From Candidatus Saccharimonadota bacterium (GTDB lineage: Bacteria > Patescibacteriota > Gracilibacteria > UBA4473): a stretch of DNA of 32,000 nt. The notes beneath the pieces were generated by a model, which did no database searches, was not told where the DNA came from, and saw only the letters and a program-made list of their open reading frames with translations. Of this stretch, positions 8,871-17,752 are shown in pieces. How positions within the stretch are numbered: the first letter of the stretch is position 1; each line of letters begins with the position of its first letter. The stretch covers positions 120,001-152,000 of the forward strand of contig OY781871.1 of the NCBI GenBank assembly GCA_963677105.1, read 5' to 3'. Both the position numbers and the translations under genes were made by a program.

Positions 8871-10073
8871 CTACGGCTGAAAAACAATCTCTGTAAACTG
8901 TCGTTTCACAAATTCAACTGGAGTCGTTCGTAAAATTGTTCTTCCGGCCTCTTCCCCTGTGGTCTGTGTACTCTGAGTAGAACCTAACACTGTTTCAATT
9001 GAAACCACGCCTGTTCCAGATTTTGAATAGAAATATTTTGTAGTATCTGGTTTAAGTTTCACGTGCAAAACAAGTGTATCTTCTGCTGGAATTATTTCAT
9101 TTAATCCCCCAAACAGTGCTGATCCTGTACGATCAAGTGCATTTTCCATATCAATTCCTGGACCAACTATACGGAGTACGAAATTTCGATTCGGCCCAAC
9201 ACTTGTTGATTCAAAACGTAATTTAAATTCTAACGAAGACAAATCTACTACATTTGATAATGCATTTGTCAGTCGCAACTGTCCGACCGATTCCCATTCT
9301 GAATCTCTCGTAATCAATAAAGGATTTGTATCCGCATTTGTCTCAACACGCAACACAGAACGCTCTATATCATATCCTTGTTTATTTGGATTAAAATCAC
9401 TCCCTCGCGGTAATGCTGTACGACGAGAATCACGTTGTAATCCATTAAAATCATTTTCTCCTGAGGTTCCTAATAATCGAGGCATTCTTAATATCATTGC
9501 ACTTGTCCATGCTGCACTTGCACGAGTTAATCCATCTTCTGGGTGAAAATATTTGGCTCGTTCTGTACGAATCAATCCATTTGCATACATTGAAGAAACT
9601 GCATCACCAAACCATACACGCGATGGAACATCTGAAAAACTTGGTATATTTTCAGTATCTACCTCTAAATTAAATGCTCTCTGTAAAAGAGTCGCCCATT
9701 CGGCATTATTAATTGGATTTTCTGGACGAAATGTTCCATCTTCATATCCATTTATCCATCCTTCAGAAACAGCCGTATTTACCGAGTCAGCAAACCACTC
9801 TCCTCTTGGAACATCTGAAAAATTTCGAACATATTCTATATCGCCAACATCCATTCCCTTTAAACGAAATAAAATTGTTAATGCTTCCGCACGATTTATA
9901 ACGCTATCTGGACGAAATGTTCCATCCGAATACCCTGTCATGATCCCTTCATCCTTCACTGCCTCAATAGGAACTTCCCCCCACGCAGGAAAATCTGCAA
10001 AGTCAATAAATCGAGCTCCAACAAGCGTCGGAGTAACTAATAATGCTACAAATAATATATATTTTTTCATCAT
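8871..10073 (-). CDS. Secreted SLH-domain cell-envelope protein
   Basis: Signal peptide MMKKYILFVALLVTPTLVGA, then three SLH repeats (F.D.P...W....V......G...GY.DGTFRP...I.R.E). The roughly 220-aa C-terminal region is beta-rich and uncharacterised. Confidence 0.8.
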   Translation of the reverse strand: MMKKYILFVALLVTPTLVGARFIDFADFPAWGEVPIEAVKDEGIMTGYSDGTFRPDSVINRAEALTILFRLKGMDVGDIEYVRNFSDVPRGEWFADSVNTAVSEGWINGYEDGTFRPENPINNAEWATLLQRAFNLEVDTENIPSFSDVPSRVWFGDAVSSMYANGLIRTERAKYFHPEDGLTRASAAWTSAMILRMPRLLGTSGENDFNGLQRDSRRTALPRGSDFNPNKQGYDIERSVLRVETNADTNPLLITRDSEWESVGQLRLTNALSNVVDLSSLEFKLRFESTSVGPNRNFVLRIVGPGIDMENALDRTGSALFGGLNEIIPAEDTLVLHVKLKPDTTKYFYSKSGTGVVSIETVLGSTQSTQTTGEEAGRTILRTTPVEFVKRQFTEIVFQP

Positions 10074-10118
10074 ATTCAGAATACTAGATTTGATTTTGAT
10101 AGCAAATTTTGGTACAAA

Positions 10119-11243
10119 GTGTGCGTGAAAAAACAAAATATTGTTCTCGTTGGATTTCGTGGCGCCGGAAAAGCTCGATTTGGTCGTGCCATAGCAAAAG
10201 TACTCGGACTACCTTTTGCTGATCTTGATTCTGAAGTTGAATTTGTTCTTGGTGAAACAATCGATGAATTCGTAGGAAAATTTGGATGGCAAGAATTTCG
10301 TGCTGTAGAACAACGCGTTGTACATGACTTTTCTAGAAATTTTTCAGGAGTTATTGCTACTGGAGGTGGAACTATTGAAAATTCAAAAAATCTTCAAAAT
10401 CTCAAAAAAAATGGTTTTTTTATCTTCTTGAATCCAAGTTTTATGAAAGTAAGAAAATTTCTTATGTCTGATGAAGTACAAAAAAATTATCAACGAGTAA
10501 ATCCTGAATTGTCACTTATTCAAGAACTTGATCAACTTTGGAGCCAACGAAAAGATATTTATTTTGCAACGGCAGATGTTGAAGTAATTCCTGATTTTGA
10601 CGGAGATGAAATTTCAGAAGCAAAAAAAATGGTAGAACAACTTCCCGTAAATATTTTACCAATAGCTCCTCCGATGAAAAAAGTGGCTATTTTTGCTAGT
10701 CGAAACGGAACAACGATGCAAGGACTTTTTGAAGCACAAAAGAAGGGACGTATTCCAAATGTAGAATTTACATTATTTGTAACTGATAAACCTGATTCTG
10801 AGGCACTGAAGAAGGCAAGAAAATTTGGGATTAAACAATGTGAAGCTTTAACTGCTGATTCTGAATCTCGAGAAGAATATGACCGAATGTTAATCAATCT
10901 TCTTCGTGGACAACAACCAGACGTAATTTTACTCGCTGGTTGGATGAGAATTCTTTCTCCTATTTTCTGTGAGCAATTTGGACAAACAACATGGAATGTT
11001 CATCCATCATTATTGCCAGATCATGCTGGACTGATGGGAGACGAAGTTCATCGTGCAGTATTGAATAATGAAGATCGATACACTGGCTGTTCTATTCACC
11101 GAGTTTCTGCCGAAGTTGACGCAGGAGAAATGGTTTTACAACGAAAAATTCCTGTTGCTGAAACTGACAGCATTGAATCACTAAGACAAAAAGTACAACG
11201 TCAAGAAATTCTTGGATTCTGTGAAGGATTAGAACGACGATAA
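10119..11243 (+). CDS. purN: Fusion protein: N-terminal shikimate-kinase-like P-loop domain plus C-terminal phosphoribosylglycinamide formyltransferase (PurN)
   Basis: N-terminal half: IVLVGFRGAGKARFGRAIAKVLGLPFADLDSEVE...VIATGGGT (AroK pattern). C-terminal half: KVAIFASRNGTTMQ..., LLAGWMRILS, NVHPSLLP, EVDAGEMV (PurN catalytic Asn/His/Asp context). GTG start at 10119 or 10125. Confidence 0.8.
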   Translation: MCVKKQNIVLVGFRGAGKARFGRAIAKVLGLPFADLDSEVEFVLGETIDEFVGKFGWQEFRAVEQRVVHDFSRNFSGVIATGGGTIENSKNLQNLKKNGFFIFLNPSFMKVRKFLMSDEVQKNYQRVNPELSLIQELDQLWSQRKDIYFATADVEVIPDFDGDEISEAKKMVEQLPVNILPIAPPMKKVAIFASRNGTTMQGLFEAQKKGRIPNVEFTLFVTDKPDSEALKKARKFGIKQCEALTADSESREEYDRMLINLLRGQQPDVILLAGWMRILSPIFCEQFGQTTWNVHPSLLPDHAGLMGDEVHRAVLNNEDRYTGCSIHRVSAEVDAGEMVLQRKIPVAETDSIESLRQKVQRQEILGFCEGLERR

Positions 11244-11261
11244 ACAAATAATAAGAGTTCA

Positions 11262-11295
11262 AAAAAAAGACAGAAATGATTTCTGTCTTTTTTTA
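11262..11295. terminator. Bidirectional rho-independent terminator
   Basis: An A-run, then stem GACAGAAA (11270-11277) pairing with TTTCTGTC (11281-11288), then a T-run. It lies between convergent genes. Confidence 0.8.
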
Positions 11296-11337
11296 TATAA
11301 TTTACACTTTTTTCTTTGCAATTTGAAAATGTGTCTC

Positions 11338-13068
11338 TTAATTCTCGAACCTTTTCACAACGGCAGTATTACTTGGAAGTCCAGAAACTAAATATCCAGA
11401 AAACCAATCATTCGTTGCAATTGAATGACCTCTCGCAGAACGATCAGACCAAATGAAGTTCGCTCCTGACGCTTTTAATCCGGATAATGTACCATGCTGA
11501 TAACTAGAATCCGACGAGATACGAACTGCAACTGAGTCTGATATATCATTACCCGTAATATTATCTAATGCCATTTTTAGACCAAATTCTACAATTTCAT
11601 CTTTTGATTTAGAAAACGGAGAAGAAAAATCGAGTGTTATATTATTTCCAGAAGCGTTTACGATAACTGATTGATCATGTTCCTGATTTCCCATGATTCG
11701 AACTAGTTCTATATCATTATTTGATAAACTCCCATCCATAAACTCTAGTCCGCTCGGATAAGCATCAAATGATATTCTTCCTATTTTAGAATCACCTCCT
11801 CCAATCGTAAACCTAAAAACTGTTTCTGGACGACTTGTTCCTACTGCGAAAGAATGTTGTTGATGAGAAGGTGCAACAACCATTCGTCCTTGAGCAATTG
11901 TGAATTCTTCACTATTTATAGCAAAATGCTTAGCACCAGTTTCTAAATCCCTTCCTGTGGTAACACTTTGTACGACTAAGTCTTCTGGAGCTAATTCCAA
12001 TTTAAATCTTGAATCTAGCGCTGTACGGTTCAATGGATCTGAAATTTTTACATAAAATCCAATTTTTACTTGATCCCCTCTTCCAACAAAAACATCTGGA
12101 TGAAATCTTAAATTTGCTTGTCCTCCTGTAAACATTGCTGTGTCTAAGACAAGTCCTGTATTTAAATTTACTGCTCGAACTTCTTCAATTAAAGCATCCA
12201 CATTACTTCCCGTTAATATATTCCTTACAATTGCTTCTCGTACATATAAATCATCATAGTTAGCAGCAAATCTCCCAACTAAAACTAAAGCTTCTTCTCC
12301 TTCTTCTAAAGCTCTACTATAAATCGTTGCTGATTCTCCAAGCACAATGTCTGAGTTATATCCTGTGTTCACATATGGAATCGGGTCAAATAATAATTTT
12401 TGAGATACTAATGAACCATACTTATAACCTATCATTTTCTTCTTAGAAGTTTCTCCATAAGCCGTAAGTTCTTCCATTCTGAGAAATAATTCTCCTGGAA
12501 CATGTGGAGTTATAGATGGATCTTTTACACGTATTTTAACGTCAAATCCAAAACTCTTTCCTCGTGAAAGTCGAATATTATTCAATGGAACAATAATCGT
12601 TCCATCTTTTTGAAAACTAAATTCTTCTCCGTTTATCGAAAGCGAAAATCCTCGAACATCAGCAGCAATTCCATTATTTTTAAACAATTTAAATTTCGCA
12701 TCTCCTAAAACTACTGGTTCCTGATATTTAGTAGAATTTTTTTCTACATCTAGTTTTACACCCACTTCAAAAATTTTTATAGCCTCCGATGTAATTTTAT
12801 AAATCGCCTGATTTGGACGAATAGCCGATACTTGTACGCGTAACTTTGCTTCTCGAGAAACAGTCAATCCTCGACGATATCGATTAGAATACCCCTGTTT
12901 TAAAGATTTCTGCTTCTCAACTGACTGAATTGTTGCCTCAGAAGATACGACTCTACGAGTCAAAATCCATCGTTTCCACGCTGACATAAAATCTGAATCA
13001 GCATGCACAAAACTTGGTGTAAGAAAATTAGTTATAATGAGACCAACGACGATGTAATATTTTTTCAT
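11338..13068 (-). CDS. Secreted protein of unknown function (576 aa)
   Basis: Signal peptide MKKYYIVVGLIITNFLTPSFVHA, then a long beta-rich sequence with no motif I recognise. Confidence 0.6.
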   Translation of the reverse strand: MKKYYIVVGLIITNFLTPSFVHADSDFMSAWKRWILTRRVVSSEATIQSVEKQKSLKQGYSNRYRRGLTVSREAKLRVQVSAIRPNQAIYKITSEAIKIFEVGVKLDVEKNSTKYQEPVVLGDAKFKLFKNNGIAADVRGFSLSINGEEFSFQKDGTIIVPLNNIRLSRGKSFGFDVKIRVKDPSITPHVPGELFLRMEELTAYGETSKKKMIGYKYGSLVSQKLLFDPIPYVNTGYNSDIVLGESATIYSRALEEGEEALVLVGRFAANYDDLYVREAIVRNILTGSNVDALIEEVRAVNLNTGLVLDTAMFTGGQANLRFHPDVFVGRGDQVKIGFYVKISDPLNRTALDSRFKLELAPEDLVVQSVTTGRDLETGAKHFAINSEEFTIAQGRMVVAPSHQQHSFAVGTSRPETVFRFTIGGGDSKIGRISFDAYPSGLEFMDGSLSNNDIELVRIMGNQEHDQSVIVNASGNNITLDFSSPFSKSKDEIVEFGLKMALDNITGNDISDSVAVRISSDSSYQHGTLSGLKASGANFIWSDRSARGHSIATNDWFSGYLVSGLPSNTAVVKRFEN

Positions 13069-13082
13069 TTCAAAAACATAAT

Positions 13083-13111
13083 ATTATAGTTCCTCTTTTT
13101 TAACGATTCAA
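13083..13111 (-). promoter_or_regulatory. Sigma70-like promoter of the 576-aa gene with a very short leader
   Basis: Read on the minus strand: TTGAAT (13111-13106), 17-nt spacer, TATAAT (13088-13083). The ATG at 13068 is only about 8 nt past the expected transcription start, and there is no SD. Confidence 0.55.
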
Positions 13112-13155
13112 TTTTTATTTTGTGACAAACTTTTTAATTTTATTTTAAATAAAAG

Positions 13156-13184
13156 AAAAAACCTACATACGTGTAGGTTTTTTT
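13156..13184. terminator. Bidirectional rho-independent terminator
   Basis: CCTACA (13162-13167) pairs with TGTAGG (13172-13177), flanked by an A-run and a T-run. Confidence 0.75.
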
Positions 13185-13185
13185 C

Positions 13186-13210
13186 TTGTGTTCCTCCTTT
13201 GTGTTCCTCC
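13186..13210. repeat. Tandem direct repeat TTGTGTTCCTCC x2 (GGAGGAACACAA on the gene strand) between stop codon and terminator
   Basis: Copies lie at 13186-13197 and 13199-13210. The second copy abuts the TAG stop of the 281-aa gene. Confidence 0.8.
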
Positions 13211-14055
13211 TACTTCTCAATCATTCTAAATGAATTGTGTAATCGTTTTGCTACTACTACTGCTTCACTTGCAAACCGACGATCTGTAATCGTATCAATC
13301 AAGAAAACATTTTTCGTTCCTGGTTCTTCAATAAAGTAACGAATAACAAATACATCACGTCCAAATAATCTTCCAATGAAACTTTCCATATGAGTATTGG
13401 TATATTCATTTGTTCCAAGTATTCGATCTGTGTTTTGTGTCAAACGAACCACTTTTCCAAGTGAATTAATTTTTGTTCCAATATTTTCGGTGCGATTTAA
13501 GTTTTTCGATAAATTAATGACACAAGACTCAAAGCTTACATTTTCACAAATATCTTCTATACGACGCACTTCCATAGAAAATGAATCTTCATCTCCAACA
13601 CTAAGTACTCCGTCTTTCACTATTGGATTCCATCCTTTTGGTAATTCCACAGAAAAATCATTTGTAACAATTGTCTGCGTTACAATATGAATTGGATCAA
13701 GATTTTTCACTTTCAATCTTTCTCGTGAAGAACGATTTGTAGCAAATCCTACTGTTTTACTCATAGGACGAACTTTTCTATTTTCAACATTCTGGTCTCC
13801 TCCTCCAAAAAGGTTTCGTTTATTCCGAGGATAACGAAGATTTTGAAGAGATGGTCTTTTTGCTCGTTCCCGTTTTACTTCTTCTGTAATAGTCGTGCGA
13901 ACACGTCTACTTGGTGTAGAACGACGTTCTGAGCGTTTTTTAAGTGCTTGCTGATACAAATATGTGTGATACGCATCACGTGATGCATCAGACAAACTTA
14001 TTATAGTTGTTCCGATAAGCACCAAACCAAGAGCCATTGCGAGAAATTTTTTCAT
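13210..14055 (-). CDS. Secreted protein, paralogue A of a three-member tandem family
   Basis: Signal peptide MKKFLAMALGLVLIGTTIISLSDA, then an Arg/Lys/Asn-rich linker, then a C-terminal domain with FSVELPKGW and the Cys pair ICENVSFESC. Confidence 0.6.
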   Translation of the reverse strand: MKKFLAMALGLVLIGTTIISLSDASRDAYHTYLYQQALKKRSERRSTPSRRVRTTITEEVKRERAKRPSLQNLRYPRNKRNLFGGGDQNVENRKVRPMSKTVGFATNRSSRERLKVKNLDPIHIVTQTIVTNDFSVELPKGWNPIVKDGVLSVGDEDSFSMEVRRIEDICENVSFESCVINLSKNLNRTENIGTKINSLGKVVRLTQNTDRILGTNEYTNTHMESFIGRLFGRDVFVIRYFIEEPGTKNVFLIDTITDRRFASEAVVVAKRLHNSFRMIEK

Positions 14056-14093
14056 TGTACGAAAGATTTTAAAAGTTTAAAAGAGAGTAATTT

Positions 14094-14906
14094 TTATTGA
14101 AAACGAATAGTTCGTGAAGCGGCACTCAACAAGTTCTTCGCTCGCGAAGCATTGTATTGAGAAGACCATCCTTCTACATATACTATTTCATTTGTTACAG
14201 GATTCTGTATCGTATTTATAACGTATGTTCGAACTGTTCCATAATCATTTACCGTAAATACCTCTTGAAAACGTGGAACAAGCATATTTTTGTTTCCAAT
14301 CATTGCTCTTGTCAATGAAAATTCACGAGACACATTCCAAATTGCTTTCAAATCTCTTTGTGCACGAAGATGTTTTGCTCGACTAATCGCACATTGTTGA
14401 AATCCTAAAGAAGTACATTCTTTTGTAAATTTATTAATCTCAAATACAAGATCACTTCGTCTATCTTCATATTGTCCATCTTCATTTCGAATAATGTCTG
14501 ACGAAAGTTGGAATGTAATTCCTTCGATTGGATGTTCCCATTTCCCTTTGTTTTTTTCTAAAACACGAGCTGTTCGTACTTTTAGCGCATCATCATGACG
14601 AACAATGTTTTTTTCTTTTGAATGTAAATTATTATCACGTGGAAATAATGAATCATGCGCTGAACGCCATGCCGCATAATTATTACGATCATACGTTTTT
14701 GTTTTCTGTTGTTGAAAATTGTACCAAAAACGAAATTTTGTCATTTCATTATTTGTACATGGTTGTTTTCGGCGTAAATGATTTCGATAATTGTATGCAA
14801 ACAATCTGTTTGTTGTTGGACGAATGCGAGAAGCAGATCCAAGTGTGATAAATGCACCAGAAGTAAGAGCTACAACGAGTACCGAAATCGAGATGAATTT
14901 TTTCAT
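14094..14906 (-). CDS. Secreted protein, paralogue B
   Basis: Signal peptide MKKFISISVLVVALTSGAFITLGSA, a basic linker, and the Cys pair ECTSLGFQQC at the position equivalent to paralogues A and C. Confidence 0.6.
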   Translation of the reverse strand: MKKFISISVLVVALTSGAFITLGSASRIRPTTNRLFAYNYRNHLRRKQPCTNNEMTKFRFWYNFQQQKTKTYDRNNYAAWRSAHDSLFPRDNNLHSKEKNIVRHDDALKVRTARVLEKNKGKWEHPIEGITFQLSSDIIRNEDGQYEDRRSDLVFEINKFTKECTSLGFQQCAISRAKHLRAQRDLKAIWNVSREFSLTRAMIGNKNMLVPRFQEVFTVNDYGTVRTYVINTIQNPVTNEIVYVEGWSSQYNASRAKNLLSAASRTIRFQ

Positions 14907-15036
14907 AATATAGGATGAAATGAACAAAAAACACGTCCCAATAAGTGGGTTCCGCGCTTTTTATTTTTGTTTCGTTTTGAGTTTTAAACTTTTTTTTAAT
15001 ATTCGTCAAGTTTTTTTATACAAAAATGTCTTACTC

Positions 15037-15915
15037 TTATTTTTTTCGTCCTCGTAATCTTGAACGTAAACGGCTTGCACGTGATTCTTGTGCTCGTTTG
15101 ATAATACGTAAAGAAGGTCCTTCTTTTTTTTCTGGAACGAAAAGTGATTCCTTCATTTTATTAATAAGCTGTGCATTGTTTAAAAATCCTGATGATGTAT
15201 CTAATGATTCAATTTCAATTTGCCACACATATTTCATCTTTGGATCAAAAAAAGTTAATATACCCAGTTTTTTATTTCCAATATCTAAAATAAACCATTT
15301 TCCTGCATTTGCTTGATCAAATCGAAAATCATCCGTTGAACGAAGTTTTGTTACTTCTTTTGTTACTATAACACCTGAAGGCCATTCTTTTTGAAGTGAA
15401 TTAGTACGAATATCCGATTTTTTATTTAAACAATCTTGAACAAACACTGATCCACCCTCACATATATTTCCTAATGCCGTAACTGATATTGTGGAATTTT
15501 CATCCGAAAAAACTATCTTTCCTTCTGTTGTGGTTAACGTATCCACTCCTTTTTTAAAACTTTGTGGCAACTCAATTACAAATGACTCAACATTGTCTGC
15601 AAAAAATGATTGTGTCGCTACTGTTTTTATACTTGAGGAAAAATTCTTTCGAGAAAAACTTTTTCGTAAACCCGTTGTGCTACGAGAAGATCGATTAAAT
15701 ACCAAATCAGAAAAAGTAATTCCTTTATTTTCTGTAGTTTTTTTCAACCGTAAACCTCTATATCCTTTGGATATGTTCCGACTATTGTTTTGCTTAAATT
15801 GGGAAAACTCTATACGTGTTGTTCCACGGTAGACTGCTTCAACAGGAACAAAAAATATTCCTATTACAAAGGAACTTACTAATAAGAAAACGGTATAGAA
15901 GTGTTTATTTTTCAT
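15037..15915 (-). CDS. Secreted protein, paralogue C
   Basis: Signal or anchor sequence MKNKHFYTVFLLVSSFVIGIFFVPVEA, a basic linker, SFVIELPQSF, the Cys pair ICEGGSVFVQDC, and a basic C-terminal tail. Confidence 0.6.
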   Translation of the reverse strand: MKNKHFYTVFLLVSSFVIGIFFVPVEAVYRGTTRIEFSQFKQNNSRNISKGYRGLRLKKTTENKGITFSDLVFNRSSRSTTGLRKSFSRKNFSSSIKTVATQSFFADNVESFVIELPQSFKKGVDTLTTTEGKIVFSDENSTISVTALGNICEGGSVFVQDCLNKKSDIRTNSLQKEWPSGVIVTKEVTKLRSTDDFRFDQANAGKWFILDIGNKKLGILTFFDPKMKYVWQIEIESLDTSSGFLNNAQLINKMKESLFVPEKKEGPSLRIIKRAQESRASRLRSRLRGRKK

Positions 15916-15977
15916 TTTTTTGTGTATATAAAAAATCGCCCTCAAGCTATCATCTCCCTTCACAGCACGCAAACAAT

Positions 15978-16445
15978 TTATCCATTTTTTAGAACGTATC
16001 GACGATACAATTCTGTAATACGTTTTCCAGCTGCTCTCAAAAGTTCATCTAACAACGATTGCAAACGACGAATATTAAGATACGTTTCTTCCAATGCTGC
16101 TGCAGAAAATTTTCGTGAATTCTGCATTTTTTTTGCTTCTTGAATCAAATGTTTTTGCTCATGTTCAAGTGCATGTTGAACTCGCGCTCTTTGACGAGCG
16201 ATAGTGGGTAAAATAATTTTTCTTGCTTTTGATCCCTTAATAACATTTTGAGGATTATTCTCATCATTTTTTGTTATCTGTACCGAAGATGAACCTTCTG
16301 AAAAATTTTCACCAACTGCTTCTCCTACTGCTTCTGAAATCTTTAAATTCTCTAAATCTGCCAACTCTCCTCCCGTTTCAGAACGGAATTGTTGTTCCAA
16401 ATTATTATATTTTTCTGGAGTTGACATCTTTGTGTGTATATTCAT
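15978..16445 (-). CDS. Hypothetical cytoplasmic protein (acidic N-terminal half, helical basic C-terminal half)
   Basis: 155-aa ORF in the same-strand run between ruvB and the paralogue family. No motif recognised. Confidence 0.45.
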   Translation of the reverse strand: MNIHTKMSTPEKYNNLEQQFRSETGGELADLENLKISEAVGEAVGENFSEGSSSVQITKNDENNPQNVIKGSKARKIILPTIARQRARVQHALEHEQKHLIQEAKKMQNSRKFSAAALEETYLNIRRLQSLLDELLRAAGKRITELYRRYVLKNG

Positions 16446-16477
16446 CTTTGTTACTATAACACGTTATTGGTAATTTA

Positions 16478-17518
16478 TCAAGTTTTTGACTCAAGCTTCA
16501 ATCCCAAATGGCTCCACGCCGCATTCGTTGCCGTTCTTCCACGAGCCGTTCGCTGTAATAATCCTTCTCGAATTAAGAATGGTTCTATCATGGCTTCAAT
16601 CGTTCGTTCATCTTCTCCAATAGCTGCCGCTAGAGTACTCAATCCTGTTGGTCCACCAGAGAATTTAGAACATAATGTTTGTAAAAATTCTTGATCTGCA
16701 CGATCTAAACCAATTGCATCGATTGAGAGGCTTTTTAATGACTCCTTCACTACAGACATAGTAATTTTTCCTTGATGAACTATTTCTGCAAAATCTCGAA
16801 CTCTTCGTAATAATCTATTTGCTATTCTCGGTGTTCGTCGTGAACTACGAGACAACAATTTTGCCGCATCCTTTTCAATAGAAATATCTAATATTCTGGC
16901 CGAACGTGTAATAATCTGCTCAATCTCTTCTTTTTCGTAATATCGTAATTTTTCTACATGCCCAAAACGATCACGCAACGGACCAGAAAGTAAACTCGCC
17001 ATTGTGGTTGCTCCCAGAAGAGTGAATTTTGGCAAATCAATCCGCATTGTGCGGGCAGATGGACCTTTTCCTACCACTAAATCGATAGCAAAATCCTCCA
17101 TTGCCGTGTACAAAATTTCTTCAACTGGCTGTCGTAATCGATGAATTTCATCAATGAATAGAAAATCATTTGGCTGTAAATTGGTTAAAATTGCTGCCAA
17201 ATCACCGGGTTTTTCTAATGCTGGTCCAGATGTCATACGCAAATTTGCTCCCATTTCTGCTGCAAGAATTCCTGCAATAGTTGTTTTCCCTAATCCCGGA
17301 GGACCATAAAAAAGAGCATGATCAAGGGGATCTCCTCTTTTTTTCGCGGCAGCAATAAATACTTTCATGTTTTTTTTCACCTCTGTCTGCCCTAAATAAT
17401 TTTTAAAATCTTTTGGACGAAGAGTATTTTCAAACCGATCATCTCCACCTGAATCCGCACTCACTACTGACGTATTGAGTTTTTGAGAATCATTGTTCAA
17501 CATCTCATCTTCTATCAT
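16478..17518 (-). CDS. ruvB: Holliday junction branch-migration helicase RuvB
   Basis: LRPKDFKNYLGQ, Walker A GPPGLGKTT, Walker B FIDEIHRL, and the RuvB C-terminal winged-helix region. The start is taken at MIEDEM (17518). TGA stop. Confidence 0.9.
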   Translation of the reverse strand: MIEDEMLNNDSQKLNTSVVSADSGGDDRFENTLRPKDFKNYLGQTEVKKNMKVFIAAAKKRGDPLDHALFYGPPGLGKTTIAGILAAEMGANLRMTSGPALEKPGDLAAILTNLQPNDFLFIDEIHRLRQPVEEILYTAMEDFAIDLVVGKGPSARTMRIDLPKFTLLGATTMASLLSGPLRDRFGHVEKLRYYEKEEIEQIITRSARILDISIEKDAAKLLSRSSRRTPRIANRLLRRVRDFAEIVHQGKITMSVVKESLKSLSIDAIGLDRADQEFLQTLCSKFSGGPTGLSTLAAAIGEDERTIEAMIEPFLIREGLLQRTARGRTATNAAWSHLGLKLESKT

Positions 17519-17602
17519 TGTGCATAGTGTGGCAGATTTATAAAAGAGATACAAATTTCAAAAAAAAAGATATCAATATTATTTAAAGATTAAAACTCCA
17601 AA

Positions 17603-17637
17603 TCTGTTATTTAAAATTTGTTATTTGTACTTTGACA
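17603..17637 (+). repeat. Phased heptad array (TCTGTTA TTTAAAA) TTTGTTA TTTGTAC TTTGACA
   Basis: Three clean and two degenerate 7-nt TTTGNAN units in the ruvB upstream intergenic region. The last unit contains TTGACA. Confidence 0.5.
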
Positions 17638-17717
17638 AAAGTCCCTTTAAATAGCCCTTCTTTGTATACATTTTTTATACTTTAAAATGTTTTGTTTCTT
17701 GGATCAATATGAGTTTT

Positions 17718-17746
17718 TTGACAAATTTACTCTCCGTGAATATCAT
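17718..17746 (+). promoter_or_regulatory. Near-consensus sigma70 promoter facing the ORF-free structured locus
   Basis: TTGACA (17718-17723), 17-nt spacer, TATCAT (17741-17746). Confidence 0.6.
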
Positions 17747-17752
17747 GTCCTG

